Below, piece after piece: positions 1 to 8,281 of a DNA stretch of 31,192 nucleotides. Origin of the DNA: a virus. Positions within the stretch are counted from its first letter, which is position 1. Each line of letters begins with the position of its first letter. Below the pieces are notes generated by a model. The model did no database searches and was not told the origin of the DNA. It saw only the letters and a program-made list of their open reading frames with translations. The position numbers were made by a program, and so were the translations under genes. Location of the stretch: UHGV virus genome UHGV-0019120, one strand, 5' to 3'.

Positions 1-95
1 CAGCAACAAAGCGGTCATGAAAGCAAACCTTGAACCCGTTGCGCTTAAGGAACTTGTACGCAATCTGACAGAGTTCGCGGTGTGTTAACGCCATA

Positions 96-287
96 TCACT
101 CTCCTTTAGTACGCAAGTGGTTTTTCCAGCGGTTTTGCGCCGCGCTGCGCTTATCTTTGACTCCCTCTCTGGCAATTCCAGAAAATGAAAACAACACCAC
201 ACGGCGATTGCTAACTCTCAACCACTGGCTGGGGTAGCAAAGTCTGTATACACGGGAAATAAGCATCTTTGCTTTACGGTTTTTCAT
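96..287 (-). CDS. hypothetical small basic protein
   Basis: 63-aa ORF; AGGGGG Shine-Dalgarno about 7 nt upstream of ATG at 287; overlaps end of upstream ORF in operon-like fashion. No family recognised. Confidence 0.35.
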   Translation of the reverse strand: MKNRKAKMLISRVYRLCYPSQWLRVSNRRVVLFSFSGIAREGVKDKRSAAQNRWKNHLRTKGE

Positions 288-523
288 CGTTTGCCCCCTG
301 CTTTTCTGCCCTTAACACCATGCGAGAACCATCATCCAGCTCCCAATTGATTTCACCGCCTTCTGCCATGACAAGATGCCAAACGAGTTGTGCGGCCTCG
401 TTGGTTACATCACGACCGCGATCATTGCCTACACGGCGTTTTGTTCCGTCACCTAAATCGCGCATTTTGGCCAACACGATGGTTTTTGATAGCGGTGAAA
501 AACCAAGCTGTAGCCGTGCGGAA

Positions 524-1144
524 TTACTCACTGGTTGCCCCCTGAATACGTTTAAACTCAATTACCCATACCCACGGGTTAGATAGCCAGTTCTCTTGCC
601 CGTAAATACCGCGCCAGATATCACCAAAGCCAACGCGATAAACAGCTTCCGGCGGTGTAATCTTGTACGTCACCGGAGATGCGCCTTCTGCTTTAGCATC
701 TGCCTCGCTCATGTCATGCAGCCGCTCCACACGCACGTCGGTAATTTCCAGCAAAATACGCGAAGCCCAGCGCGGCATGTGAATCGACGGGGTCCAGCCC
801 TCAGCTGGCTTGCTACTATCTGAGTAATCAGCCTTGTAATCACACAGTTCAGAAGCCAGAGAGACACCATCTTTGATTTCCTGAATGACATCGTTATCCA
901 GCCAAAAAGCGTTGAATGTTTCACGGACCCATATGCGATCACCAACGTTACCGAACGGGCATAAACCATGTTCCAGTGCATCCATAACGTGGGTATAGAC
1001 ACCATTGCGTTTCTTTGTCGGTTTACGGATAACCAGGCAGTTATCGGCCCTGACATTTTTTACAGGTCGGCGAGTCTGCGTCTTCCTTCCTTCGAGGATG
1101 GCCCTAACCATATCGTCATTAAAAACAACACCACGTTCTTTCAT
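524..1144 (-). CDS. ASCH-domain-like phage protein
   Basis: 206-aa ORF; N-terminus MVRAILEGRKTQTRR matches my recollection of prophage ASCH-domain proteins; not verified by search. Confidence 0.55.
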   Translation of the reverse strand: MKERGVVFNDDMVRAILEGRKTQTRRPVKNVRADNCLVIRKPTKKRNGVYTHVMDALEHGLCPFGNVGDRIWVRETFNAFWLDNDVIQEIKDGVSLASELCDYKADYSDSSKPAEGWTPSIHMPRWASRILLEITDVRVERLHDMSEADAKAEGASPVTYKITPPEAVYRVGFGDIWRGIYGQENWLSNPWVWVIEFKRIQGATSE

Positions 1145-1299
1145 TTAGAAGCCACCTTGTTCAATTTCCGGCGACAAGACACGCAATCATCAGGACTCTC
1201 AAAAGTGTCTGGCTCACGGTAATCACCAAAATACATCCAACGGCCGCAAATGCTGGTTACTTCACCTTCATTAAAATAATGATGTTTATTCGCCTTCAT
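1141..1299 (-). CDS. hypothetical small Cys-containing protein (start uncertain)
   Basis: ORF track gives 1141..1395; internal Met (MKANKHH...) at 1299 avoids overlap with upstream gene; contains C..., CxxC. Weak. Confidence 0.25.
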   Translation of the reverse strand: MKANKHHYFNEGEVTSICGRWMYFGDYREPDTFESPDDCVSCRRKLNKVASK

Positions 1300-1328
1300 T
1301 GGCCTGACCCATCCGGCATTTTTCTTGC

Positions 1329-1694
1329 TCACTTCAACTCCTCCCGACGACGTTCCTGAAGCTCTAGCATTGCGGCTCGGAAATCCTGCCACCATTCCTC
1401 ATCGGCTACTGGGGTGTTCCGCTCCAGCACCTTGTCCGCATCGGCGATCAGGTTTGCCAGACTCTTGTCTGAAATCTTCGTTACCGGAGTCGTTGGTTGC
1501 TCAACCTGCCCGATAGGTTTTATCGTGCTCAAAAGGAGGCGACGGCGGGAAAGTGGTGCCCCACAACGACGGCCATCTTCCTTGCGATATGTTTCTTTCG
1601 GACCAACACACCAGGTTGTCGGCGTCTCGCGCAACTTCACTTTTTTCTCACCATCATTGGTAATGATTATTCCGGTATGGGTTTTGATGCTCAT
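1329..1694 (-). CDS. hypothetical protein
   Basis: 121-aa ORF in minus-strand gene chain; no recognisable motif. Confidence 0.45.
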   Translation of the reverse strand: MSIKTHTGIIITNDGEKKVKLRETPTTWCVGPKETYRKEDGRRCGAPLSRRRLLLSTIKPIGQVEQPTTPVTKISDKSLANLIADADKVLERNTPVADEEWWQDFRAAMLELQERRREELK

Positions 1695-1993
1695 GCCACA
1701 GCCCCTCTCAACGGCTTAACTTTGGCTAATAAGGTGTTAAACAACATGGAGTTAGGATTCATGCCAAATGGCAATTCCGGTTTAGCGGAGTAGTACAGGC
1801 AACCATTTATTTTCCTGGTTGTTATCTGTCCTTCGGCAACCATGCTTCTCAGTCTGCAACGCATAGAGTTCTGCGACACACCAATGTGCTCCGCGATTAC
1901 GTCCACTTTTGAACATGGGTGATCGGTCAGGAAATTAATCACATCTTGGGGGTTAATAATTTTGCGTTTCATTGTCGAGGCGTCCTTATACAT
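1691..1993 (-). CDS. putative winged-helix DNA-binding protein
   Basis: 100-aa ORF; central segment VDVIAEHIGVSQNSMRCRLRSMVAEGQI resembles a wHTH recognition helix and wing; AT-rich TATA-motif promoter region directly upstream (1994-2018). Start may be the internal MKRK. Confidence 0.45.
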   Translation of the reverse strand: MYKDASTMKRKIINPQDVINFLTDHPCSKVDVIAEHIGVSQNSMRCRLRSMVAEGQITTRKINGCLYYSAKPELPFGMNPNSMLFNTLLAKVKPLRGAVA

Positions 1994-2016
1994 TTGTATA
2001 AATATATAATTCTATA

Positions 2017-2040
2017 TACGGCGGGAGACGTCCCGCCGTA
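2017..2040 (-). terminator. hairpin downstream of the 2050..3117 gene
   Basis: 10-bp perfect stem TACGGCGGGA / TCCCGCCGTA with 4-nt loop right after the stop at 2050; following tract is A/T-mixed, not a clean U-run. Confidence 0.4.
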
Positions 2041-2049
2041 GGCTTACTG

Positions 2050-3117
2050 TCAGGCTTTCAATAGCGATTCTTTTAGATATCGGGCATCAGCCAGGGCGTT
2101 TGGAGTAATCTTGCGAACCCATGCATTACGGGTTGGACTCCACTTAAAGGCGCGTGATTTAAGCAGCGAACGAATGTTTGCCTCTGGTTTGCCAGGGAAA
2201 TAAAACAGGATGCGGTTATCCTCTGGATCTATCTCCATAGAAAAGCCGTCGTATTCTTCGCGCTGTGCTCCTGTTACAGACTTGACCGATTCAAGCTCCT
2301 TAATACGGCTCTGTAGTCGTTTGATTTCGGCGTTATTGTTGCTCAGTGCGTATGAAGGGAATCCGATGCGCCCACAGAAATCTCCGGCCAGTAACTCTTT
2401 GGCTTCGCTTTCTGTAAACCTGAGATCGATTAATGCAGAAAGCTGCTGTATTTGGTCTTTTTTGTATTTGCGAATGGCCTTATTTGCGGCCTTCATTTTG
2501 ACGTGTGACTTCATGCAGCCTTGCAGCTTACGAAGCAACTTAAATAGCGCATCAGGATCATCAGACGAAATTCCATTACGACCAACACCTGCGGCTTTGC
2601 TCTCGTAGTGTGATGCTTTACTTTCGCATTCAACAAACGCTTTTCTGAATAACGCATCAGCTTTAGACAAACGGCGGCGATGGCCTTTCGCGCTATAATG
2701 GTCAACTAAAATCGGCTGGCCTAACGGGATCACATCCAACAGGTCATGCGCTCGCTTATGCGCTACCGCACCTTCTTTTCTGGCTTTTTCTGCACAAGCA
2801 ATATATCGGGCAAGACGCGCGTTCTGGCGTTCCTGATAGGTGTTTACGTAATCATCTCCGCGCTGCTGCTGTTCAAGCCATGCTTTGCGCAGATCTTCTG
2901 TTACGTCCACCAGCTCCGCAGGGATACAACCAGTTTGGGCTTCATAAGAGTAACCATCCTCATAGATACGCCCATCGTCTTCAACAAAGAAAAAGGTTTC
3001 GTGCTCATCGCTTTTGACCATACGACCATTAACATGGCGTAATAGGTAGCCAGTATCAGTGCTTAACAGGCTGTTAGGGTTGTTGATCCAGTCAGAAATA
3101 ATTACTTGTTTATTCAT
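2050..3117 (-). CDS. hypothetical protein, possibly DUF3560-like
   Basis: ORF track gives 373 aa to 3171; I place the start at ATG 3117 (MNKQVI...) because a GGAG RBS lies about 6 nt upstream and the duplicated promoter block begins at 3124. C-terminal FYFPGKP...FKWSP...W motif recalls DUF3560; unverified. Confidence 0.5.
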   Translation of the reverse strand: MNKQVIISDWINNPNSLLSTDTGYLLRHVNGRMVKSDEHETFFFVEDDGRIYEDGYSYEAQTGCIPAELVDVTEDLRKAWLEQQQRGDDYVNTYQERQNARLARYIACAEKARKEGAVAHKRAHDLLDVIPLGQPILVDHYSAKGHRRRLSKADALFRKAFVECESKASHYESKAAGVGRNGISSDDPDALFKLLRKLQGCMKSHVKMKAANKAIRKYKKDQIQQLSALIDLRFTESEAKELLAGDFCGRIGFPSYALSNNNAEIKRLQSRIKELESVKSVTGAQREEYDGFSMEIDPEDNRILFYFPGKPEANIRSLLKSRAFKWSPTRNAWVRKITPNALADARYLKESLLKA

Positions 3118-3123
3118 CAGATT

Positions 3124-3225
3124 TCTCCGGTTTAACCAGGGCGGGTATCGCTCGGTTTCGGGTATAACCATAGGAAATTTTTTCCCACCTGTAAAGCACT
3201 TTTTATATAAATCTATAATTATATA
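3124..3225. repeat. 102-bp promoter/leader block, copy A
   Basis: 101/102 identical to 11972..12073. Read on the minus strand it contains an AT-rich upstream element, TTTACA-N17-TATGGT promoter, short leader and GGAG RBS. Confidence 0.9.
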
Positions 3226-3286
3226 TTTATAGATTTTCGATGTTCCCGATGTCTACACACCATCAAAACAGCTCAAAATGACACTT

Positions 3287-3664
3287 TTACTCTCTTCGCT
3301 TTTTCAAATAGTCGACAACATACGCCCTGGCTTTTGCCAGCTTCCGGCGATACTGTCTGAGGCTAAGAGAAAGGGCGTGGGCTTTATCAATATGCGGTGC
3401 ATTTATGTCGAGGCCCCGAATCTCCCACGCCCCGTATTCAATTCGGACAACCAGCGCCGCAGTCTCATCAACTACCGTGAGGGCCGTCACCGCTCCCTCT
3501 ATACTGGTTTCCAGTGAGTCATTTGGTGCGCCGCCCCCTCCGGTAAACTGGCAGCGCGTAACCATCATCATTTCTAACATCGACGCGAAACCGCTACGGG
3601 CGTTGCAGCCATTGCGCACCCACAGCGCCCATAGCTCAAACAAGCTATCCAGATCGCGTCTCAC
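3287..3664 (-). CDS. putative Q-like late antiterminator
   Basis: 125 aa; N-terminus MRRDLDSLFELWALW and basic C-terminus resemble what I recall of E. coli prophage Q homologues (Phage_antitermQ-like); last gene of the minus-strand early-type operon. Confidence 0.45.
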   Translation of the reverse strand: MRRDLDSLFELWALWVRNGCNARSGFASMLEMMMVTRCQFTGGGGAPNDSLETSIEGAVTALTVVDETAALVVRIEYGAWEIRGLDINAPHIDKAHALSLSLRQYRRKLAKARAYVVDYLKKRRE

Positions 3665-3667
3665 TGT

Positions 3668-4000
3668 TCAGATCTCCCGTATCGTGACGGGATAAAGCGC
3701 CTCTACCTGCTTTTTCTTCATGATGTAGACGTCTGTTCGCACACCTTTAGTGTCGACACAATCAATCGTCCCATCGTCATAAAACACCATGAAATCAAGT
3801 TTATAAACGACACCACCTGGCAGATGAAAAGGCACCTGCATAAGAAACGTCACAACGCGGCCAGCTTTTCTCAGTAGCTTCAGTTCGCAGTAGTAATCAG
3901 CCTCTTTTTTGCTATCAAAAGCGATATCATCGACAACCGTTTTTTTATTGCCGTATTTGCTTTTCCTTGTCGCTGGTTTGCGAAAGCCGGTATATCTCAT
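3668..4000 (-). CDS. DUF1064-like phage protein
   Basis: 110 aa; YGNKKT...FDSKKEA motif typical of DUF1064 proteins in lambdoid nin regions, as I recall; 4-bp overlap with upstream gene. Confidence 0.55.
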   Translation of the reverse strand: MRYTGFRKPATRKSKYGNKKTVVDDIAFDSKKEADYYCELKLLRKAGRVVTFLMQVPFHLPGGVVYKLDFMVFYDDGTIDCVDTKGVRTDVYIMKKKQVEALYPVTIREI

Positions 4001-4401
4001 TTGGTATCCCCTGGTACTTCACCAAGACTAAGATCAAACCCAATTTCGTCTTTAACTGACTGCGGCAACAGCTCCCACGTCTGCGCACACAAAAATTCAT
4101 CTGTGCCATAACGCTCAACAAAGCGAGCACAATTACTCAGGGGAGGGTGACGAACGGCAATATGCGGAGGCACACGCCCACCACCAGGCACAACACCGCG
4201 ATGATGTGGTGCGCACAACCCAAAGCTATGGAAGTGGCAATTCTCATCAACGCTGCCGTAATCAGGATCGTGATGTAGCTCCGTCCACAGCTCTGGATTC
4301 TCAATTTCACGGCCATCAATAATGCAAGCTATGCAACCCACGTGAGTGAGCACCGCTTGTATATAAAGTTTCTCTTTCTTCGTTGGTGTACGTCCGTTCA
4401 T
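3997..4401 (-). CDS. Cys/His-rich nin-region-like protein (possible nuclease)
   Basis: 134 aa with CxxC ... HH ... CHFH ... C..HH clusters suggesting metal binding; position matches lambdoid nin genes. Family uncertain. Confidence 0.4.
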   Translation of the reverse strand: MNGRTPTKKEKLYIQAVLTHVGCIACIIDGREIENPELWTELHHDPDYGSVDENCHFHSFGLCAPHHRGVVPGGGRVPPHIAVRHPPLSNCARFVERYGTDEFLCAQTWELLPQSVKDEIGFDLSLGEVPGDTK

Positions 4402-4634
4402 CAGCGCCCCTTACCATTGATAAAGAGGTTGAACTCGTTGATTAACTGGACATACATGCTTCTGGCCGCGTAGTTCTTTGCCAGCTCTTTACGGGATGAG
4501 ATCCCGCAAAACTCACGCAGAATCACAGAGGCCTCAGAACTGTTTGAAACGTTCTTCCCTGTTTTACTGGTCAGAAAGCGCCAGAATTGGGGATTCTGGC
4601 AATGCATCGCAGCACCGCGAACATAACTACTCAT
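4401..4634 (-). CDS. hypothetical protein
   Basis: 77-aa ORF translationally coupled to both neighbours (1- and 4-bp overlaps). Confidence 0.35.
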   Translation of the reverse strand: MSSYVRGAAMHCQNPQFWRFLTSKTGKNVSNSSEASVILREFCGISSRKELAKNYAARSMYVQLINEFNLFINGKGR

Positions 4635-5146
4635 TGATGGCCCCCGTCATTTCTGGTGCTTTTCACCGTGCGGCTTCTTAAAAACCTGCCATCACGAACA
4701 ACAGACACTTCTCGTTTACCCAACCTCATTTCACGGCGGTAACATTCAGAAAATGCCTCGTCCGGCATCATATAAATGCGACGCTTCGCCTCCGTATCCA
4801 GAAGGGAACGGCTTGGGGTTACATATAAGAACGACTCATCAATAGGGACAAAACCACGAGCAAGAATTGCTGGCAGAATACCAGGAAGAACGCAGAAAAC
4901 AGCTCCACGATGCAGCAACATCTGGTACTCCATGACCTCCGTAATCCCCGTAACGACTGTTACGGTGTCACGTCTGTTACGGCTGGCAACCAGTCGCTGC
5001 ACACCTCCAATTTTCTGCTCTACAGATAGACGTTTGCTATCGTTATCAATATGATCGATAACAAATCCTTTAATCGTTTGATCAAGGTAGTGCACCACCT
5101 GCGATTGAATCTGGTGATTATCACCAAAGAAGGCCAGAATCATCAT
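4631..5146 (-). CDS. hypothetical protein
   Basis: 171-aa ORF inside the minus-strand operon; no motif recognised. Confidence 0.45.
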   Translation of the reverse strand: MMILAFFGDNHQIQSQVVHYLDQTIKGFVIDHIDNDSKRLSVEQKIGGVQRLVASRNRRDTVTVVTGITEVMEYQMLLHRGAVFCVLPGILPAILARGFVPIDESFLYVTPSRSLLDTEAKRRIYMMPDEAFSECYRREMRLGKREVSVVRDGRFLRSRTVKSTRNDGGHQ

Positions 5147-5637
5147 TCCTCAAGCCTCCCAAGTGCTGAACGCCGGGCGTTGCTAATCTCCTTATGAATC
5201 AGCTCGATATCGCTGGAATCTTTATTCTTAAGCTCCAGCACGGTAATCGCATCACGAACCTCTGAAACGGTTACGTGTGAGTGTTTCCAGCGAGCAATGA
5301 ATCGCGGACCGCGTAGATTGCAACGCTCCGCAGGCATCCCCAGCTCAGAGAAAACCGCTTTCAGCCTTGATAAGCAGTTAACAGGGAGATTCCCTTTGAT
5401 CTTGTTCTGCCGAACCGATGTGCCATCGCTACGCTGGCGCTGACGTTCGGCAAAATCTGCCGCCCATTGCTGGACGTTAATCCGGCCTTCCGAATACGCC
5501 ACCAGCAGCGTCAGGTTATCCGCACGAGGGAATCTCTCGAAGCGATACCAGGCACCAATCAGTGATGACGTAAAGCCAAACTTTCTGGCAACACCAATTT
5601 GGCCTCCATTTTCGTCAACCCACTCCTGAAAGGTCAT
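5143..5637 (-). CDS. putative Cro/YdaS-like HTH regulator with C-terminal extension
   Basis: 164 aa; N-terminal GGQIGVARKFGFTSSLIGAW...P resembles the YdaS/Cro-type HTH; transcribed divergently from the CI-like gene with shared operators. Confidence 0.45.
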   Translation of the reverse strand: MTFQEWVDENGGQIGVARKFGFTSSLIGAWYRFERFPRADNLTLLVAYSEGRINVQQWAADFAERQRQRSDGTSVRQNKIKGNLPVNCLSRLKAVFSELGMPAERCNLRGPRFIARWKHSHVTVSEVRDAITVLELKNKDSSDIELIHKEISNARRSALGRLEE

Positions 5638-5656
5638 TTAACGAACTCCAGTTAAA

Positions 5657-5774
5657 ACCACGATACGTGGTATTAAAACCACATATCGTGAGTTTTTCAA
5701 TGGGCGAAACAAAAAATAACCTTCTATTTGTGGTCCACCTCTCGTCTTACCATGTGAAAACCACTAAATGTGGT
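5657..5774. promoter_or_regulatory. operator cluster in the divergent immunity promoter region
   Basis: ACCACGATACGTGGT (5657-5671), imperfect ACCACATATCGTG (5678-5690), half-site TTTGTGGT (about 5727-5734), ACCACTAAATGTGGT (5760-5774); all follow ACCAC-N5-GTGGT. Confidence 0.6.
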
Positions 5775-5811
5775 AATGTATAAATAACCCACCATTCACG
5801 ATTGATGAGAC

Positions 5812-6468
5812 ATGAAAAGCAACGACGAGAACATCAAGAAAGAAATAGGTCTGCGCATTCAGACTCTACGGAAACAATCCGGCATGACTGCCGGAGATCT
5901 CCAGCAAGTCACTGGAATAGGCTTAAGCACCTTGCAGAACTATGAGGCCGGATTAAGACAACCATCTATACCTGCCATCAAGAAAATCGCGCACGCCCTG
6001 AAAGCATCAGCGCCTTATATCGCGTGCTTAACAGATAACCCGTTCCCACCCCAGAATACTAACGCTCCTGTTATTCCTGGGCTTGTAGCTATAAAAAATG
6101 ACATAGCATCGCACGCCGGAGAAAAGCCAGTGCTGGCGATAGAACAGGAGATTCTACGAAGCAAGAACATCAACCCATCGTCTCTGTCAGTTCTCCAGAG
6201 CAACGATGAGTTAATGTCACCAACAATATCCCCAGGCTCCCAAGTCCTGATTAATACAGACGATACAGAGATTCATGAGGGGATCTATGCCCTTGAAGAC
6301 AGAAATGGCCTGGTTGTTTTGAGGCACTGTAGAGTCATACCGGGTGACAATGCTGTTATGCTGTCAACCGAAAGGGATGCTGAAATGAACACTAAGCATC
6401 TGAATAACGAGGAATTTAAGCGTTATAAAGTTCTTGGCCGCGTAGTTAGTGTTGTCAACTGGTTATGA
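5812..6468 (+). CDS. CI/LexA-type prophage repressor (HTH_XRE plus S24-like C-terminal domain)
   Basis: 218 aa; N-terminal HTH (LRKQSGMTAGDLQQVTGIGLSTLQNYEAG), C-terminal LMSPTISPGSQVLIN and FKRYK...GRVVSVVNWL resembling the LexA/CI Ser-Lys autocleavage domain. Confidence 0.75.
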   Translation: MKSNDENIKKEIGLRIQTLRKQSGMTAGDLQQVTGIGLSTLQNYEAGLRQPSIPAIKKIAHALKASAPYIACLTDNPFPPQNTNAPVIPGLVAIKNDIASHAGEKPVLAIEQEILRSKNINPSSLSVLQSNDELMSPTISPGSQVLINTDDTEIHEGIYALEDRNGLVVLRHCRVIPGDNAVMLSTERDAEMNTKHLNNEEFKRYKVLGRVVSVVNWL

Positions 6469-6510
6469 TACACAGCACGGCGAAAGCCGTGCATTTCTAC
6501 GCTCAAAAAA

Positions 6511-6525
6511 ACCACATTTTGTGGT
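6511..6525. promoter_or_regulatory. operator copy downstream of the repressor gene
   Basis: AAAACCACATTTTGTGGTTTT palindrome (core 6511-6525) adjacent to TTGACA at 6528. Confidence 0.5.
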
Positions 6526-6560
6526 TTTGACAACATGTAAAAGTATAAAAGAGGCTACGC

Positions 6561-6935
6561 ATGGAATTACATACAGCCAATAAAAACGAAACTCTGATCA
6601 CTGCTGGAATCGAAATCCAAGCGTTGAACATAGCGATTGAGTGTATGTTATGCCAAATCATTGATAATGAGAAAGATATCGACTGGATAGAATCTATCCT
6701 TCATCTGGCATCAGAACAAAAAGTCTGCCTCAAAACGGCCTTACAATACGATGTGCCAGCGGTATCGAAGCTGTGCCAGCCATTGATGGCATATAACAGG
6801 GCTATTATTTCTGTATGCCTCATGATTCTTGATGAAACCCCCCCTCTTAGCGACCGCTCAGAAGCTGCTCTAACCCTCTCACGTAAACAGCGACAGCTAG
6901 CAAATCAACTGATATCAACGATAGCTGACCTCTGA
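6561..6935 (+). CDS. hypothetical protein
   Basis: 124-aa ORF downstream of the repressor; AAGAGG RBS; followed by hairpin 6940-6959. Confidence 0.4.
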   Translation: MELHTANKNETLITAGIEIQALNIAIECMLCQIIDNEKDIDWIESILHLASEQKVCLKTALQYDVPAVSKLCQPLMAYNRAIISVCLMILDETPPLSDRSEAALTLSRKQRQLANQLISTIADL

Positions 6936-6939
6936 CTGC

Positions 6940-6959
6940 AAGCGGGCTAACGCCCGCTT
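6940..6959 (+). terminator. hairpin after the 124-aa ORF
   Basis: AAGCGGGC-TAAC-GCCCGCTT stem-loop; downstream tract only moderately T-rich. Confidence 0.4.
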
Positions 6960-6960
6960 A

Positions 6961-7062
6961 TATGATTATAGATTTATATAATTATATAAAACGCTTTTCA
7001 TCAGCCAAAAAGTTGGTTATGCTTACCTCGTTCTATAAATATAGATTTATAGAATTATATAA
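6961..7062. promoter_or_regulatory. centromere-like / operator repeat arrays upstream of parA
   Basis: Two AT-rich blocks (6961-6988, 7033-7062) carrying TATAGATTT / TATAGAATT 9-mers, partly as direct copies offset by 8 bp. Confidence 0.5.
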
Positions 7063-7085
7063 CCAAACACATGGAGTCTCGACAA

Positions 7086-7739
7086 ATGACTATCTCTGTA
7101 GGTATTTTCAACGGAAAAGGCGGCGTAACCAAATCAACAATTGCCCGTGCTTTAGCAGTTGCTTATGCAAAGGCTGGCTGGAATGTATGCCTGATCGATA
7201 TGGATGTGCTTAACGGAACGGTAACGCGTTGGGTACAACGCAGAATGGCCAACAATATCGAACCAGCAATCGCGGCGCAGCCGTGCGGCACACCATCACA
7301 AGTCCAGAAAATCATCGAATCAGAAGTATACGACCTGGTTATCGTCGATGGCGGTGCCTACGCATCTGAATCAGTACCGAAGCTATCTGAATTTCTGGAT
7401 ATGGTTATTTTGCCAACCCGATTCTCTACCGATGACCTGGAAACCACCGTTAACACTGCTCACGGCATCGTTAAAAAGGGTGTACCAATCAAGAAAATTT
7501 GCATGGTGTTTTCCGGCGCGGCTGAAAACGAAGCTGACTATATTGAAGCCCAAGAGTACCTGGCTAATACGCCATACTTTGTTGTCGATAAGTACATTCC
7601 CCACAAGCCAGCTCTGAGCAAAGCTCAGGATAAGGGCTTAAGCCTCATTGAGTGCTCATACGTTGCGCCACGCAAAAAGGCAGACGACGTTATTCAGGGG
7701 ATTATCAACCAGCTTGAGGCTCTGACTACTGCCGCATAA
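7086..7739 (+). CDS. parA: ParA/ParF-type partition ATPase
   Basis: Deviant Walker A FNGKGGVTKST, A-prime motif VCLIDMD, B-like DLVIVDGGA; start placed at ATG 7086 (GGAG RBS) rather than track start 7071. Confidence 0.8.
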   Translation: MTISVGIFNGKGGVTKSTIARALAVAYAKAGWNVCLIDMDVLNGTVTRWVQRRMANNIEPAIAAQPCGTPSQVQKIIESEVYDLVIVDGGAYASESVPKLSEFLDMVILPTRFSTDDLETTVNTAHGIVKKGVPIKKICMVFSGAAENEADYIEAQEYLANTPYFVVDKYIPHKPALSKAQDKGLSLIECSYVAPRKKADDVIQGIINQLEALTTAA

Positions 7740-7770
7740 TATATAATTATAGTTTTATAGATTTATATAA
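7737..7770. promoter_or_regulatory. TATAG(T/A)TTT repeat block upstream of the RHH gene
   Basis: TATAGTTTT and TATAGATTT direct copies offset 8 bp, between parA stop and the next start. Confidence 0.45.
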
Positions 7771-7782
7771 GAGGGGATACAC

Positions 7783-8031
7783 ATGGCCGCACCATCAAAA
7801 CCACCAAAGAAGAACAGCAAAGGCGTACCGCCATCGATCGAACAACCGCAGGTTTTCGACCCGACTGAAACGCCAACCAGAACCAAATCAGGTGGGGCAC
7901 AAATGGCGTTTAACGTCGACCCTGAATTTAAACGCGAGTACAAAACGTTCGCCAGCTCAATGGATATGTCATTGAAAGAAGTGCTGACAAAGTCTTTTGA
8001 GTTACTCAAGGCTCAATACAACCAGAAGTAA
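7783..8031 (+). CDS. putative ParG-like ribbon-helix-helix centromere-binding protein
   Basis: 82 aa; disordered basic N-terminal tail then MAFNVDPEFKREYKTFA...MSLKEVLTKSFELL, a beta-strand/helix/helix RHH pattern; directly downstream of parA; AGAGGGG RBS. Confidence 0.55.
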   Translation: MAAPSKPPKKNSKGVPPSIEQPQVFDPTETPTRTKSGGAQMAFNVDPEFKREYKTFASSMDMSLKEVLTKSFELLKAQYNQK

Positions 8032-8093
8032 GAGAAGGTGACGGCCTCCAGCGCCAACTGTTGGCCGTCGCGACACAACAAGGGGAATTTGTT

Positions 8094-8243
8094 ATGTCCG
8101 AGCAACAATATACACGGTTACTGAAAACTCGTCTAACCGACCTCAAACGGCTGCAAGCTGGTCGCTTATTTGCCCTGCTATCCACCAGGCCAGAATGGGT
8201 ACGTGAAGCAGTTCTGAAAGGCTTAATGCGCTCCAGCGTTTAA
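8094..8243 (+). CDS. hypothetical small protein
   Basis: About 49 aa from ATG 8094 (MSEQQYTRL...), AAGGGG RBS; track ORF 8061..8243 starts upstream. A palindrome GCCAACTGTTGGC lies just upstream. Confidence 0.3.
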   Translation: MSEQQYTRLLKTRLTDLKRLQAGRLFALLSTRPEWVREAVLKGLMRSSV

Positions 8244-8252
8244 ATTCAACCA

Positions 8253-8276
8253 TAAAAAAGGCCCCCGAAGGGGCCT
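8253..8276 (-). terminator. intrinsic terminator for the minus-strand small gene
   Basis: GGCCCC-CGAA-GGGGCC hairpin; A6 on the plus strand gives a U-run on the minus strand. Confidence 0.55.
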
Positions 8277-8281
8277 AATCG

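Noticed and set aside
274-561. Minus-strand 95-aa ORF between the ASCH gene and the 63-aa gene
   Set aside because: Begins with a non-ATG start and no clear RBS, and overlaps the ASCH gene 3' end by 38 bp; coding status unresolved, so not listed as a feature.
269-586. Plus-strand 105-aa ORF and similar shadow ORFs (e.g. 2210..2608, 14788..15129, 18596..18838, 24666..24920)
   Set aside because: Lie antisense within better-supported minus-strand genes, lack RBS signals and have biased composition typical of shadow ORFs.
5812-6468. Idea that the CI-like repressor has a dead S24 domain
   Set aside because: Aligning LMSPTISPG to LexA GMSMKDIG places a Ser at the catalytic position and a KR motif near the C-terminus, so loss of autocleavage cannot be claimed from sequence alone.
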